Shown: positions 1 through 7,798 of the stretch, piece after piece | Layout: every line of letters starts with the position of its first letter | Numbering within the stretch: the first letter of the stretch is position 1 | Origin: Pirellulales bacterium | GTDB taxonomy: Bacteria > Planctomycetota > Planctomycetia > Pirellulales > JAICIG01 | DNA length: 64,000 nucleotides | Direction of reading: 5' to 3' | Assembly (NCBI GenBank): GCA_035550375.1 | Contig: DASZPH010000107.1 | Span: forward strand, 23,245 to 87,244 | The notes under the pieces: generated by a model | The model's input: the letters and a program-made list of their open reading frames with translations, nothing else | What the model was told of the DNA's origin: nothing | Database searches by the model: none | Position numbers and translations under genes: made by a program

Positions 1-704
1 AGTTTCGTTCTGGCGAGCAGCCCCCGCACGGCCGCCGCGGCACGCGGCTCGCTCGCCAGCAATCCGAGCAGCAGCAGCGGCCGTCGGGCGGCGTTGATCA
101 GCGCCGCCGCCGAGCGGATCAGTTCGGCGTCGGCCGCGCCGATCTTTGGCGGGTAGACGGGTGTGAGGACGTCGCCCGGCGCGCTGCCCGTCATGATGTC
201 TTGCGGAGCGCTGATGAACGCCGCGCCCGGGCGTCCCGATTCGGCGGCGCGGAAGGCGCTGGCCAACACCTCCGACACGGCCGCCGGAGAATCGATTTCG
301 GCGCTGTACTTGGTGATCGGCCGGAACAGGCTCACCGTGTCCATGCTCTGGTGGATCTGCTTCAGGCGGCTCGACGTCGGCACGGCCCCGCCGATGGCGA
401 CGACGGGATCACCTTCCGAGTTGGCGGTCGCCAGCCCCGTCACCAGGTTTGAGCAGCCGGGGCCGGAGGTGACCAAGGCGACTCCGGCTCGTCCCGTCAT
501 GCGGCCGATCCCGCCGGCGATGAAGGCGGCATTCTGCTCGTGGCGGCAAACGATGGTCTTGATCTTCGAGTCGAGGAGCGTGTCGAACACCTTATCGATC
601 TTGGCACCGGGGACGCCGAAAACGTACTCGACCCCTTGTGCCTCCAGGCTTTTGACGAGCACTTCGGCCCCCGTTCGTAGTTCGCCGGTCGGGGGCGTCG
701 TCAT
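1..704 (-). CDS. alsS: Catabolic acetolactate synthase (TPP-dependent), N-terminal ~234 aa; the rest lies outside the window
   Basis: Own reverse-strand translation from ATG 704..702: MTTPPTGELRTGAEVLVKSLEAQGVEYVFGVPGAKIDKVFDTL...CRHEQNAAFIAGGIGRMTGRAGVALVTSGPGCSNLVTGLATANSEGDPVVAIGG. This is collinear with the AlsS/BudB N-terminal TPP domain. The start overlaps the alsD stop (ATGA). It is absent from the ORF track because it runs off the window edge. Confidence 0.85.
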   Translation of the reverse strand, partial: MTTPPTGELRTGAEVLVKSLEAQGVEYVFGVPGAKIDKVFDTLLDSKIKTIVCRHEQNAAFIAGGIGRMTGRAGVALVTSGPGCSNLVTGLATANSEGDPVVAIGGAVPTSSRLKQIHQSMDTVSLFRPITKYSAEIDSPAAVSEVLASAFRAAESGRPGAAFISAPQDIMTGSAPGDVLTPVYPPKIGAADAELIRSAAALINAARRPLLLLGLLASEPRAAAAVRGLLARTK

Positions 705-1534
705 GTGTGTTCTCCTTCCGCCTGGGCCAGTTCGGCCGCCGAATCGCGCCGCAGGTCGGCCCTCAAAAAATCCTCGGTTTCGGGCAGGGCCAGGCGGTAG
801 TCGCCCTCCCGCTGAATTTGAAGGCGCAAATTGGTTCCGCGGCAGTCGAGCAGGTGGCCGCCGTGCTGGCGATCTGCCGACAGGAAGTGCAAGTGGTAGC
901 CCGGCACGTTAAGCATCCTCGCGTATTCGGGCGTCCAGAAACCGACGAGCGTTCCCGGCACATCGCGAAACTCGAACTCGGGCTGGACGGCGGCGGCCTG
1001 CACCAAGGGGACGCCTTCGCGGGTTTTGCACATCGCACGGGCATGGACGTAGTCGAAGTGCCCGTCGACCCTCAGGGCAAAGAAAAGATTGTCCGACTGG
1101 CGGAGATCGTCGAACCGCGAGAAGAGCATGCGCGAATCCGGACAGGCAGCAAGCTTCACCTCGGTTTCGGCGACGAAGCGCGTTACCACGGCAAAGGGAC
1201 TGAGAGCCTCGTCATCGCACTCGCGCACCGATCCATCGCCGCGAGCCTGAAAGAAGTGTCCGTCGACGGCCACCATTTCGCCGTCCAGGTTCTCGAAGGT
1301 GCCCAACCCAAGGTCGCCGTGCTCCCGCAAGGTGCCGACTCGGACGGCCCCCTGATAGATCCCTTCGACCAGCGCGTTCGAGGTTGACACCTGAAACAGC
1401 GTGTGGTGCGAGACCTGGAGGTAGTCGGCAAGGGCCTTGCTGACGATGTGGGCCAGGGGCTCGCGCGTCTTTTGGACACACGATCGCAGCGCCCTCCACA
1501 ATCCTGGCGAGATGTTGACGTTGAGGTTTCCCAT
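701..1534 (-). CDS. alsD: Alpha-acetolactate decarboxylase with an extra ~40-aa N-terminal segment
   Basis: 277-aa ORF. The core LFQVSTSNALVEGIYQG...GDLGLGTFENLDGEMVAVDGHFF...NLFFALRVDGHF...GYHLHFLSADRQHGGHLLD matches the AlsD/BudA pattern (YQxS...L..G.Y.G, GxGTF..LDGE, GYHxHF...GGH). Its start lies 6 nt after the malic enzyme stop. Confidence 0.85.
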   Translation of the reverse strand: MGNLNVNISPGLWRALRSCVQKTREPLAHIVSKALADYLQVSHHTLFQVSTSNALVEGIYQGAVRVGTLREHGDLGLGTFENLDGEMVAVDGHFFQARGDGSVRECDDEALSPFAVVTRFVAETEVKLAACPDSRMLFSRFDDLRQSDNLFFALRVDGHFDYVHARAMCKTREGVPLVQAAAVQPEFEFRDVPGTLVGFWTPEYARMLNVPGYHLHFLSADRQHGGHLLDCRGTNLRLQIQREGDYRLALPETEDFLRADLRRDSAAELAQAEGEHT

Positions 1535-1540
1535 AGACTA

Positions 1541-3256
1541 TCAGAATGCGGGATAGGCGGGGGACCATTGAGCCGCTGCCACCCGCCGACGCAACTCTTC
1601 GTCGCCGATCGTCGGAGCAACGCCTTCTTTTGCGGCGGTCCGAGCGACGGCCGTCGCGATGTGAACCGCCACCCTTCGCAAGTCGGCTAGAGCCGGCAAC
1701 AGCGACGCGGAGGGATCGCTCAGAGCGGGCGACTGCTCAGCCAGGGCCCGTGCCGAGGCAAGAACCATCGCGTCGGTGACACGTCGGGCGCCCGAGGCGA
1801 CCACGCCCAAGCCGATGGCGGGGAAAATATAGATGTTGTTGCACTGGGCGATGGTGATTTTCCGCCCGTCGAACGGCACCGGATCAAAGGGCGAACCGGT
1901 CGCCACGAGCGCGCGGCCTTCGGTCCAGCGAACGAGATCGTCGGCGGCCGCTTCGGATTTGGTGGTCGGATTCGAGAGCGGAAAAATGATCGGGCGCGCC
2001 GCCTTCCGCGCCATTTCGCGAACGATCGGTTCACTGAAGGCGCCGCGGGCCGTCGAAAGTCCGATCAGAACGCTGGCCTCGGTCTGGCGAATCACATCCG
2101 CCAGCCCGATCTGGCCGTTTTGCGTGCGGAACCACGCCGATACTCGCTCATAAGGCTGGGCGTACACCCGCTGTTCGGCGCTCAAGTCGGCGCGTTTCGA
2201 GTGCAGCAGGCCGTCTTTGTCGACCACCCAGAATCGCCCGCGAGCTTCGTTCTCCGATAGTCCTTCGTCCCGCATGGCGGCGCGCAAGAAATCGGCCACT
2301 CCGATTCCGGCCGAGCCGGCCCCGAGCATCACGATTTGTTGCTCCTTCAAGCTCTTGCCCGATACCTTGACGGCGGCCAGGATGGCGCCCAGCGCGACGG
2401 CCGCCGTCCCCTGGATGTCGTCGTTGAAGGTGAGCAGTTCGTTGCGGTAGCGTTCGAGGATGGGGCGGGCGTGCGGGGTGGCAAAATCCTCCCATTGCAG
2501 GCAGGTGTCGGGCAGTTCCTGCTTCACCGCCCCGACGAAACGATCGACAAATTCAAAATAGGCGTCGCCCGTAATCCGCTCGTGCCGCCAGCCGAGATAC
2601 TCCGGGTCGCGCAACCGCTCTGGGTTATTCGTCCCCACGTCGAGCACGATCGGCAAGGTCCGGGCGGGATGAATGCCGCCGATGAGCGTATAGAGCGAGA
2701 GCTTGCCGATCGGAATGCCCAGGCCGCCGGCCCCCTGGTCGCCGATCCCCAGGATCCGCTCGCCGTCGGTGACGACGATCACGTCCACATCCGCGTTGGG
2801 GCGGCCTCGCAAAAGCGCGGGGATCGAGTCGCGCAGCGGATACGAGATGAACATGCCTCGCGGCCGTCGGTAGATATGGCTGAACTGCTCGCACGCCAGC
2901 GCGACGACTGGCGTGTAGACCATCGGCGTCATCTCCTCGATGTGCTCAAGCAACAGCCGGTAGAAGAGAACTTCGTTCGTGTCCTGCAACGCGCGCAGGT
3001 AGATGTGCCGCTCCAGGTCGTCGTCCTTTCGCCGGTAGGCCTCGTAGGCGCGCACGAGCTGGTGGTCGAGCGTCTCGACGTAGGGAGGCAGCAGGCCGTG
3101 CAAGCCGAGCCGGCCGCGCTCTTCGTCCGTGAAGGCCGTTCCCTTGTTCCAGCACTGATGATTGAGGAGTTCCATCCCATGAAGCCCAGGCGGACCGATC
3201 CGTCGCTTCGGGGCCGCCTGCTCACACGCAGCCTGGTTGGTCGTCGTCGAGTTCAT
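1541..3256 (-). CDS. maeA: NAD(P)-dependent malic enzyme (large SfcA/MaeA type, 571 aa)
   Basis: N-terminus ...LLNHQCWNKGTAFTDEERGRLGLHGLLPP, then YRRPRGMFIS, ERILGIGDQGAGGLGIPIGKLSLYT, the Rossmann motif GAGSAGIGVADF and LSNPT, all characteristic of malic enzymes. Confidence 0.85.
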   Translation of the reverse strand: MNSTTTNQAACEQAAPKRRIGPPGLHGMELLNHQCWNKGTAFTDEERGRLGLHGLLPPYVETLDHQLVRAYEAYRRKDDDLERHIYLRALQDTNEVLFYRLLLEHIEEMTPMVYTPVVALACEQFSHIYRRPRGMFISYPLRDSIPALLRGRPNADVDVIVVTDGERILGIGDQGAGGLGIPIGKLSLYTLIGGIHPARTLPIVLDVGTNNPERLRDPEYLGWRHERITGDAYFEFVDRFVGAVKQELPDTCLQWEDFATPHARPILERYRNELLTFNDDIQGTAAVALGAILAAVKVSGKSLKEQQIVMLGAGSAGIGVADFLRAAMRDEGLSENEARGRFWVVDKDGLLHSKRADLSAEQRVYAQPYERVSAWFRTQNGQIGLADVIRQTEASVLIGLSTARGAFSEPIVREMARKAARPIIFPLSNPTTKSEAAADDLVRWTEGRALVATGSPFDPVPFDGRKITIAQCNNIYIFPAIGLGVVASGARRVTDAMVLASARALAEQSPALSDPSASLLPALADLRRVAVHIATAVARTAAKEGVAPTIGDEELRRRVAAAQWSPAYPAF

Positions 3257-3389
3257 TCAAAAGGCTCCATCCCTTGGAAAATTGTCGTTAAAGGACCTTG
3301 CGCGATGCACTTGCGTCGTTAGAGCGACGTCTCCGTGAGAGCAGTTCCTCCTGGAAGTTCGACGGAAGATCCGCGATGTATGGCGTCCA

Positions 3390-3650
3390 TTGTCGAAACG
3401 CGAGCGGCGAGTCTTGCGGACGATTGCAAGGCGTTCACCCGATGCAAGCGATCCCGGACATGCGAAGATTATCCTCAGTCTCGTGCGGAACAGGTCGCCT
3501 AGCGAAACTCATCGCGGCAGTCTTTGTTCCGTCTCGCAAGTCTATCGGGTCGGCAACCGGTTTGTCGAGCGCGCGCTGTCTGGACTAGCAGACCGCTGTG
3601 AAGAGAACGGCACACGCGCGCGGCGCCGCACATCGGAGCGCAGCGGTGGG
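3390..3650 (+). pseudogene. Possible remnant of an IS630-family transposase N-terminal HTH domain (fragment only)
   Basis: The translation RERRVLRTIARRSPDASDPGHAKIILSLVRNRSPSETHRGSLCSVSQVYRVGNRFVERALSGLADRCEENG follows the IS630-type HTH pattern (R.xIILL...G.S..EIA..L.VS..TV.RW..RF.E.GL.GL.DR.R.G). It starts at TTG, has no DDE domain, and the similarity decays after ~85 aa into AT-rich non-coding-looking sequence. Confidence 0.35.
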
Positions 3651-3905
3651 GGAGACACAGGAGACTGTTCCGATCTGTTCGGACGATCTTTTTTTGTTCA
3701 GTCCGCTGAAAAAATCGCATGTTCCGGAGCATACTTTTGCGCTGTCACCCTTCCTCACGCTTTCGGCACACAAGTTGTTTATGAACAGCCCGCCCCGAAG
3801 GCCGATTCGTTGGCGCCTGCCGTGTCCGTAGGGCAGCGTTCCGATTGCCACGCCTCGATCGGGAGTGTGCGTTACAGGGAGGCGCAACCACACGGAGCGA
3901 TCACC

Positions 3906-6692
3906 ATGCGATTCCCCGATTGGCTCAAGTCTACGTCGGCTCCGTTTTATTCCGGCAAGGCCCGCCGCAAAAAGCTGCACCGAAACGAGGGCGGGCGACG
4001 GCAGAGAACGCTGAGCGTGGCAAACCATTTCGAGCAACTCGAAGAGCGATGGCTGCTGGCCATCGACACGACAGGCTCCGGTGCCGCGCTGACGGCGGCC
4101 AATCCAGCAACAACGGCCCAAGTGCAGCAAGAATACGGGCAACTCCCGTTGACCTTCGAGGCCAACCAGGGCCAGACTAACAGCCAGGTCGATTTTCTGA
4201 CCCGTGGTCCGGGCTACTCGATGTTCCTTACCGGCACTGGCGTGGTGATCGACTTGCAGCAAGCCGCGTCGCCACCCGCGGCGGGCAACGATCCGACCAC
4301 GGCCCGCACGGTGCCCGCGGACGTATCGGCGACGGCGATCCGCATGCAGTTCATCGGCGCCAGTGCGAGCGCCAGCGTAATGGGTCTCGAAAAGCAACAG
4401 ACCCAAAGCAACTACTTCATCGGCAACGATCCGAGCCAGTGGCACACTGGCGTGGCCAATTTCGGCCAGGTGGAATACGAAAACCTCTATTCGGGCATCA
4501 ACGCTGTCTTCTACGGCAACCAGCGGCAGCTTGAGTACGATTTCGACGTGGCGCCCGGCGCCAACCCTGGTCAAATCGAGTGGCAAATCCAGGGGGCCAC
4601 TGGGCTGAACATCGACAGTTCCGGCAGCCTGCTGATCCACACCTCCCACGGCGATCTGACAGAAAAAGCGCCCACGATCTATCAGGAGGTCGACGGTTCG
4701 CGCGCTGCGGTAGCAGGTCGATTCGTGCTGGAAGGGAGCGATCGCGTCGGCTTCGTCGTCGGCAGCTACAACACCTCGCTGCCACTGATCATCGACCCAA
4801 CGCTTGAATACTCGACCTACCTGGGCGGCAGCAGCAGTCTGGGCGGCGATGTAGGCTTCGGCATCGCCGTCGATGGCGCAGGCAACGCCTATGTTACCGG
4901 ATGGACCTCTTCATCGAACTTCCCCACGACGGCCGGCGCCTACCAAACGACATTCGGTGGCTGGTATAACGCCTTCGTGACGAAGCTCAGTGCCGACGGC
5001 CACAGCCTGATCTACTCGACCTACCTAGGCGGCAGCGTCGGGGACGAAGGGCTGGGAATCGCGGTCGATGGCTCGGGCAATGCCTGCATCACCGGCTACA
5101 CCTACTCGTTGGACTTCCCCACTACGACCGGCGCCTACCAAACGACGTTCGGCGGCACGGCCACTGACGCTTTCGTGACCAAGCTCAGTGCTGACGGCCG
5201 GAGCCTGGTTTACTCGACCTACCTGGGCGGCAGGGGCGATGACGAGGGTTGCGGAATCGCCGTCGACAGATCGGGCAACGCCTACGTCACGGGCTACACC
5301 GGATCGGCAAACTTTCCCACGACGTCCGGCGCCTACCAGACGACGCTCCGCGGCTACTCTGACGTCTTCTCGACCAAACTCAGTGCCGATGGCCGCAGCC
5401 TGGCCTACTCGACCTATCTGGGCAGCAGTGATTACAACAGGGGTCTGGGCATCGCCGTCGATGGCTCGGGCCACGCCTATGTCACCGGAATCGCGTCATC
5501 GGGCTTCCCCACGACGACCGGCGCCTACCAAACGACGTTCGGCGGCAAGTACTATCCCGTGACCTATGACGCTTTCGTGACCAAGCTCAGCGCCGACGGC
5601 CGCAGCCTGGTTTACTCGACTTATCTGGGCGGCGACGAATATGACGGAGGCTTCGGCATCGCCGTCGATGGCTCGGGCAATGCCTACGTCACGGGCGTCA
5701 CAGGCTCGACGAACTTCCCCGCGACGGCCGGCGCCTACCAAACGACGATCGGCGGCTACTATCCCATGTCAAGCACGGGCTATGACGCCTTTGTGGCCAA
5801 GCTCAGTGCCGACGGCCGCAGCCTGGTCTACTCGACCTATCTGGGCGGCGGCGATGAGGATTTCGGCTCCGGAATCACCGTTGACGGCTCAGGCAACGCT
5901 TACGTTAGCGGCATCACGCAATCGTCGGACTTCCCCACGACGACCGGTGCTTACCAAACGACGTTCGGCGGCGTCGCTGACGCCTTCGTGACCAGGCTCA
6001 GTGCGGACGGCGACAGACTGACCTACTCGACCTACCTGGGCGGCAAAGACTACGATTCGGGCTCCGGCATCGCCATCGATGGCTCGGGCGACGCTTACGT
6101 CGTCGGCTTCACGGCATCGTCGAACTTTCCCACGACGACCGGCGCTTACCAAACGAAGTACGCCGGCGAACGCGATGCCTTCGTTAGCAAGCTTGTCTTG
6201 GCTGCGTTACCCCCGCCAGTCGTGAATGTTGTCGATGTCGAGGTGGCGTGGGGCAGCCAAACGATGTCGATCCTGAATCTGGGTCGCGACTTACCTTTTA
6301 TCAACATCAAAGCCATCGACGTGATCTTCAGCGACGACGTTCAGGTGAACGAAAGCGATCTCGTGCTCACCGGAATCAATGTGAGCACCTATAGTTTTAG
6401 CGGCTTTTCGTATAACAAGCTGCTTCACGAGGCCGTTTGGACCCTCGCTTCTCCTTTGGGGGCCGATCGCTTGCAGATGACAATCGATGGACTCAAAAAG
6501 CTGGGTTTTTCCGTGCTGCCTGGCGACTTCACCGGGGACGGTGTCGTAGCCGCCCAAGACGCGGTCGATGTGCTGAACCTCACCGCACAAGGGGCCGCCT
6601 ACTCAGTGTGGGCAGATGTCGATGGCAGTGGTGTCGTTGACCTGCAAGATTACCTCGCCGTGCGGTCCAGAATCAGGGCCCACCTGCCGTGA
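3906..6692 (+). CDS. Secreted SBBP-type beta-propeller repeat protein with a C-terminal dockerin-like module (928 aa from ATG 3906)
   Basis: The track ORF 3390..6692 is trimmed to ATG 3906 (GGAG 8 nt upstream). The N-terminus is a basic stretch plus FEQLEERWLLA, followed by LPLTFEANQGQT...YFIGNDPSQW (an N-domain typical of SBBP proteins). Seven YSTYLGG...GIAVDGSGNAYVTG...FPTT.GAYQTT...DAFVTKLSADG units follow. The C-terminus has two DxDGxGxVxxxD loops (GDFTGDGVVAAQD, ADVDGSGVVDLQD). Confidence 0.8.
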   Translation: MRFPDWLKSTSAPFYSGKARRKKLHRNEGGRRQRTLSVANHFEQLEERWLLAIDTTGSGAALTAANPATTAQVQQEYGQLPLTFEANQGQTNSQVDFLTRGPGYSMFLTGTGVVIDLQQAASPPAAGNDPTTARTVPADVSATAIRMQFIGASASASVMGLEKQQTQSNYFIGNDPSQWHTGVANFGQVEYENLYSGINAVFYGNQRQLEYDFDVAPGANPGQIEWQIQGATGLNIDSSGSLLIHTSHGDLTEKAPTIYQEVDGSRAAVAGRFVLEGSDRVGFVVGSYNTSLPLIIDPTLEYSTYLGGSSSLGGDVGFGIAVDGAGNAYVTGWTSSSNFPTTAGAYQTTFGGWYNAFVTKLSADGHSLIYSTYLGGSVGDEGLGIAVDGSGNACITGYTYSLDFPTTTGAYQTTFGGTATDAFVTKLSADGRSLVYSTYLGGRGDDEGCGIAVDRSGNAYVTGYTGSANFPTTSGAYQTTLRGYSDVFSTKLSADGRSLAYSTYLGSSDYNRGLGIAVDGSGHAYVTGIASSGFPTTTGAYQTTFGGKYYPVTYDAFVTKLSADGRSLVYSTYLGGDEYDGGFGIAVDGSGNAYVTGVTGSTNFPATAGAYQTTIGGYYPMSSTGYDAFVAKLSADGRSLVYSTYLGGGDEDFGSGITVDGSGNAYVSGITQSSDFPTTTGAYQTTFGGVADAFVTRLSADGDRLTYSTYLGGKDYDSGSGIAIDGSGDAYVVGFTASSNFPTTTGAYQTKYAGERDAFVSKLVLAALPPPVVNVVDVEVAWGSQTMSILNLGRDLPFINIKAIDVIFSDDVQVNESDLVLTGINVSTYSFSGFSYNKLLHEAVWTLASPLGADRLQMTIDGLKKLGFSVLPGDFTGDGVVAAQDAVDVLNLTAQGAAYSVWADVDGSGVVDLQDYLAVRSRIRAHLP
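4809..6197 (+). repeat. Seven tandem ~65-aa (~195-bp) SBBP blade repeats, recognisable at DNA level
   Basis: YSTYLGG recurs seven times with the same internal order (GIAVDGSGNAYVTG / NFPTT.GAYQTT / DAFVTKLSADGRSL). Nucleotide strings such as tactcgacctacctgggcggc recur. Confidence 0.85.
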
Positions 6693-6869
6693 CTTTGTTA
6701 TAATTGGGCCGGTTGGCGAGACGGACGCCCCGGCGCGGCCAGCCCGCCGCCGGGTGTGTGAAGGGACTTTCTGCTTTGATGGGAAATCGCAATGATGACT
6801 ATCACCGCTGCAACGTCGTCGGTTTGGAACGGTTCATCAAGGAGTGCCAATCGCGCGTTTTCTGGGAAG

Positions 6870-7574
6870 ATGTCCCCCAAGCCCCTGGCGACGGCGATCG
6901 CTCTATCATGCAGCCTGCTCGCGCTGGAAGCGACGCAGGCTGACGAGCTCATCGTCGAGGTTGTACCAAGTAGCTTGGGTGTTGCCGTGCCGCCCGGCTC
7001 CGGCACGCTGGAGGTCGATCTGCTCAACCCGGCAACGAATAGTCAGTCATTCTCGCTGGAAGGATTTCAATTTGAGCTTCGAGCACCGGGTGGTTCGGGC
7101 GTGACTTTTTCCGATGCGACCACCGCCACATCAGCCGCCTATATCTTTGCCGGCAACAGCATTGCCGACTCATTCTTTGGTGGCGATTTGATTGTCAGTC
7201 CGCCGCCGCCCCCGGCCACGAATGACCTGGTGGCATTTGACTCCGTGGCGACCCCTAATACCTTCGTTACATTGGCTCCGGGCAGCACGTTGGGGCTTGG
7301 GCTTGTTTCTTTCAGCGTAGATGCAAACGCGCTAGCCGCGTTCGTTCCGCTCTCCATCATCACTTTTAACGGCAACACGGAGCCGAACGGAACGCAGCTT
7401 GTCGACCCGAGCGGCAACCCGATCCCGTTCTCCACTAATAATGGCGAGATTACCATCGGAACCCCGGTCGTTCCCGAACCGTCGGTGCTTGGCCTGGTGG
7501 TCAGCGGGCTTGTTTTTGGCGGGGTGTTCCAACTGCGGCGCGGGGCGGGCGCCCGCCAATCGCAGCGGGAATAG
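6870..7574 (+). CDS. PEP-CTERM-anchored protein with a cohesin-like beta-sandwich-looking body (234 aa from ATG 6870)
   Basis: Signal peptide MSPKPLATAIALSCSLLALEATQA. The C-terminus VVPEPSVLGLVVSGLVFGGVFQLRRG has the PEP motif, a hydrophobic helix and a basic tail. The body ELIVEVVPSS...GSGTLEVDLLNP...LEGFQFELRAP...NNGEITIG has cohesin-like strand patterning (unverified). Confidence 0.75.
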   Translation: MSPKPLATAIALSCSLLALEATQADELIVEVVPSSLGVAVPPGSGTLEVDLLNPATNSQSFSLEGFQFELRAPGGSGVTFSDATTATSAAYIFAGNSIADSFFGGDLIVSPPPPPATNDLVAFDSVATPNTFVTLAPGSTLGLGLVSFSVDANALAAFVPLSIITFNGNTEPNGTQLVDPSGNPIPFSTNNGEITIGTPVVPEPSVLGLVVSGLVFGGVFQLRRGAGARQSQRE

Positions 7575-7798
7575 AATAACTTGTCGCTGACACCCTAGTC
7601 CCGATTGAGCAAGTCCTCGCTACAACCGGGGGCTCTTGAAGCGCAACCTCGACCTCAGCCGGCAACCTTGTGAAAGCTGCGTTGAGCAGCGTGTGGCTGA
7701 CCACGCGGGCCCCCATACTGTCGGGCGGCGGAAAAGAGTTTGAGCATCGTCGAGGAGGTCGAGCGCGGCACAAGCCCGCCATAATCGATCGCTCTGAT

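Noticed and set aside
163-912. 249-aa plus-strand ORF (and 201..452, 707..1387) overlapping alsS/alsD
   Set aside because: It is antisense to two genes with unambiguous family signatures. The product is Pro/Arg/Ala-rich with no motif, which is typical of high-GC shadow ORFs.
3390-3905. Reading 3390..6692 as one 1100-aa protein
   Set aside because: It would start at TTG. The stretch 3650..3900 is AT-richer and non-coding-looking (tttttttgttcag...ctgaaaaaa). The conserved N-terminal basic + LEER module and a GGAG SD fit ATG 3906. The 5' part looks like a transposase HTH remnant instead.
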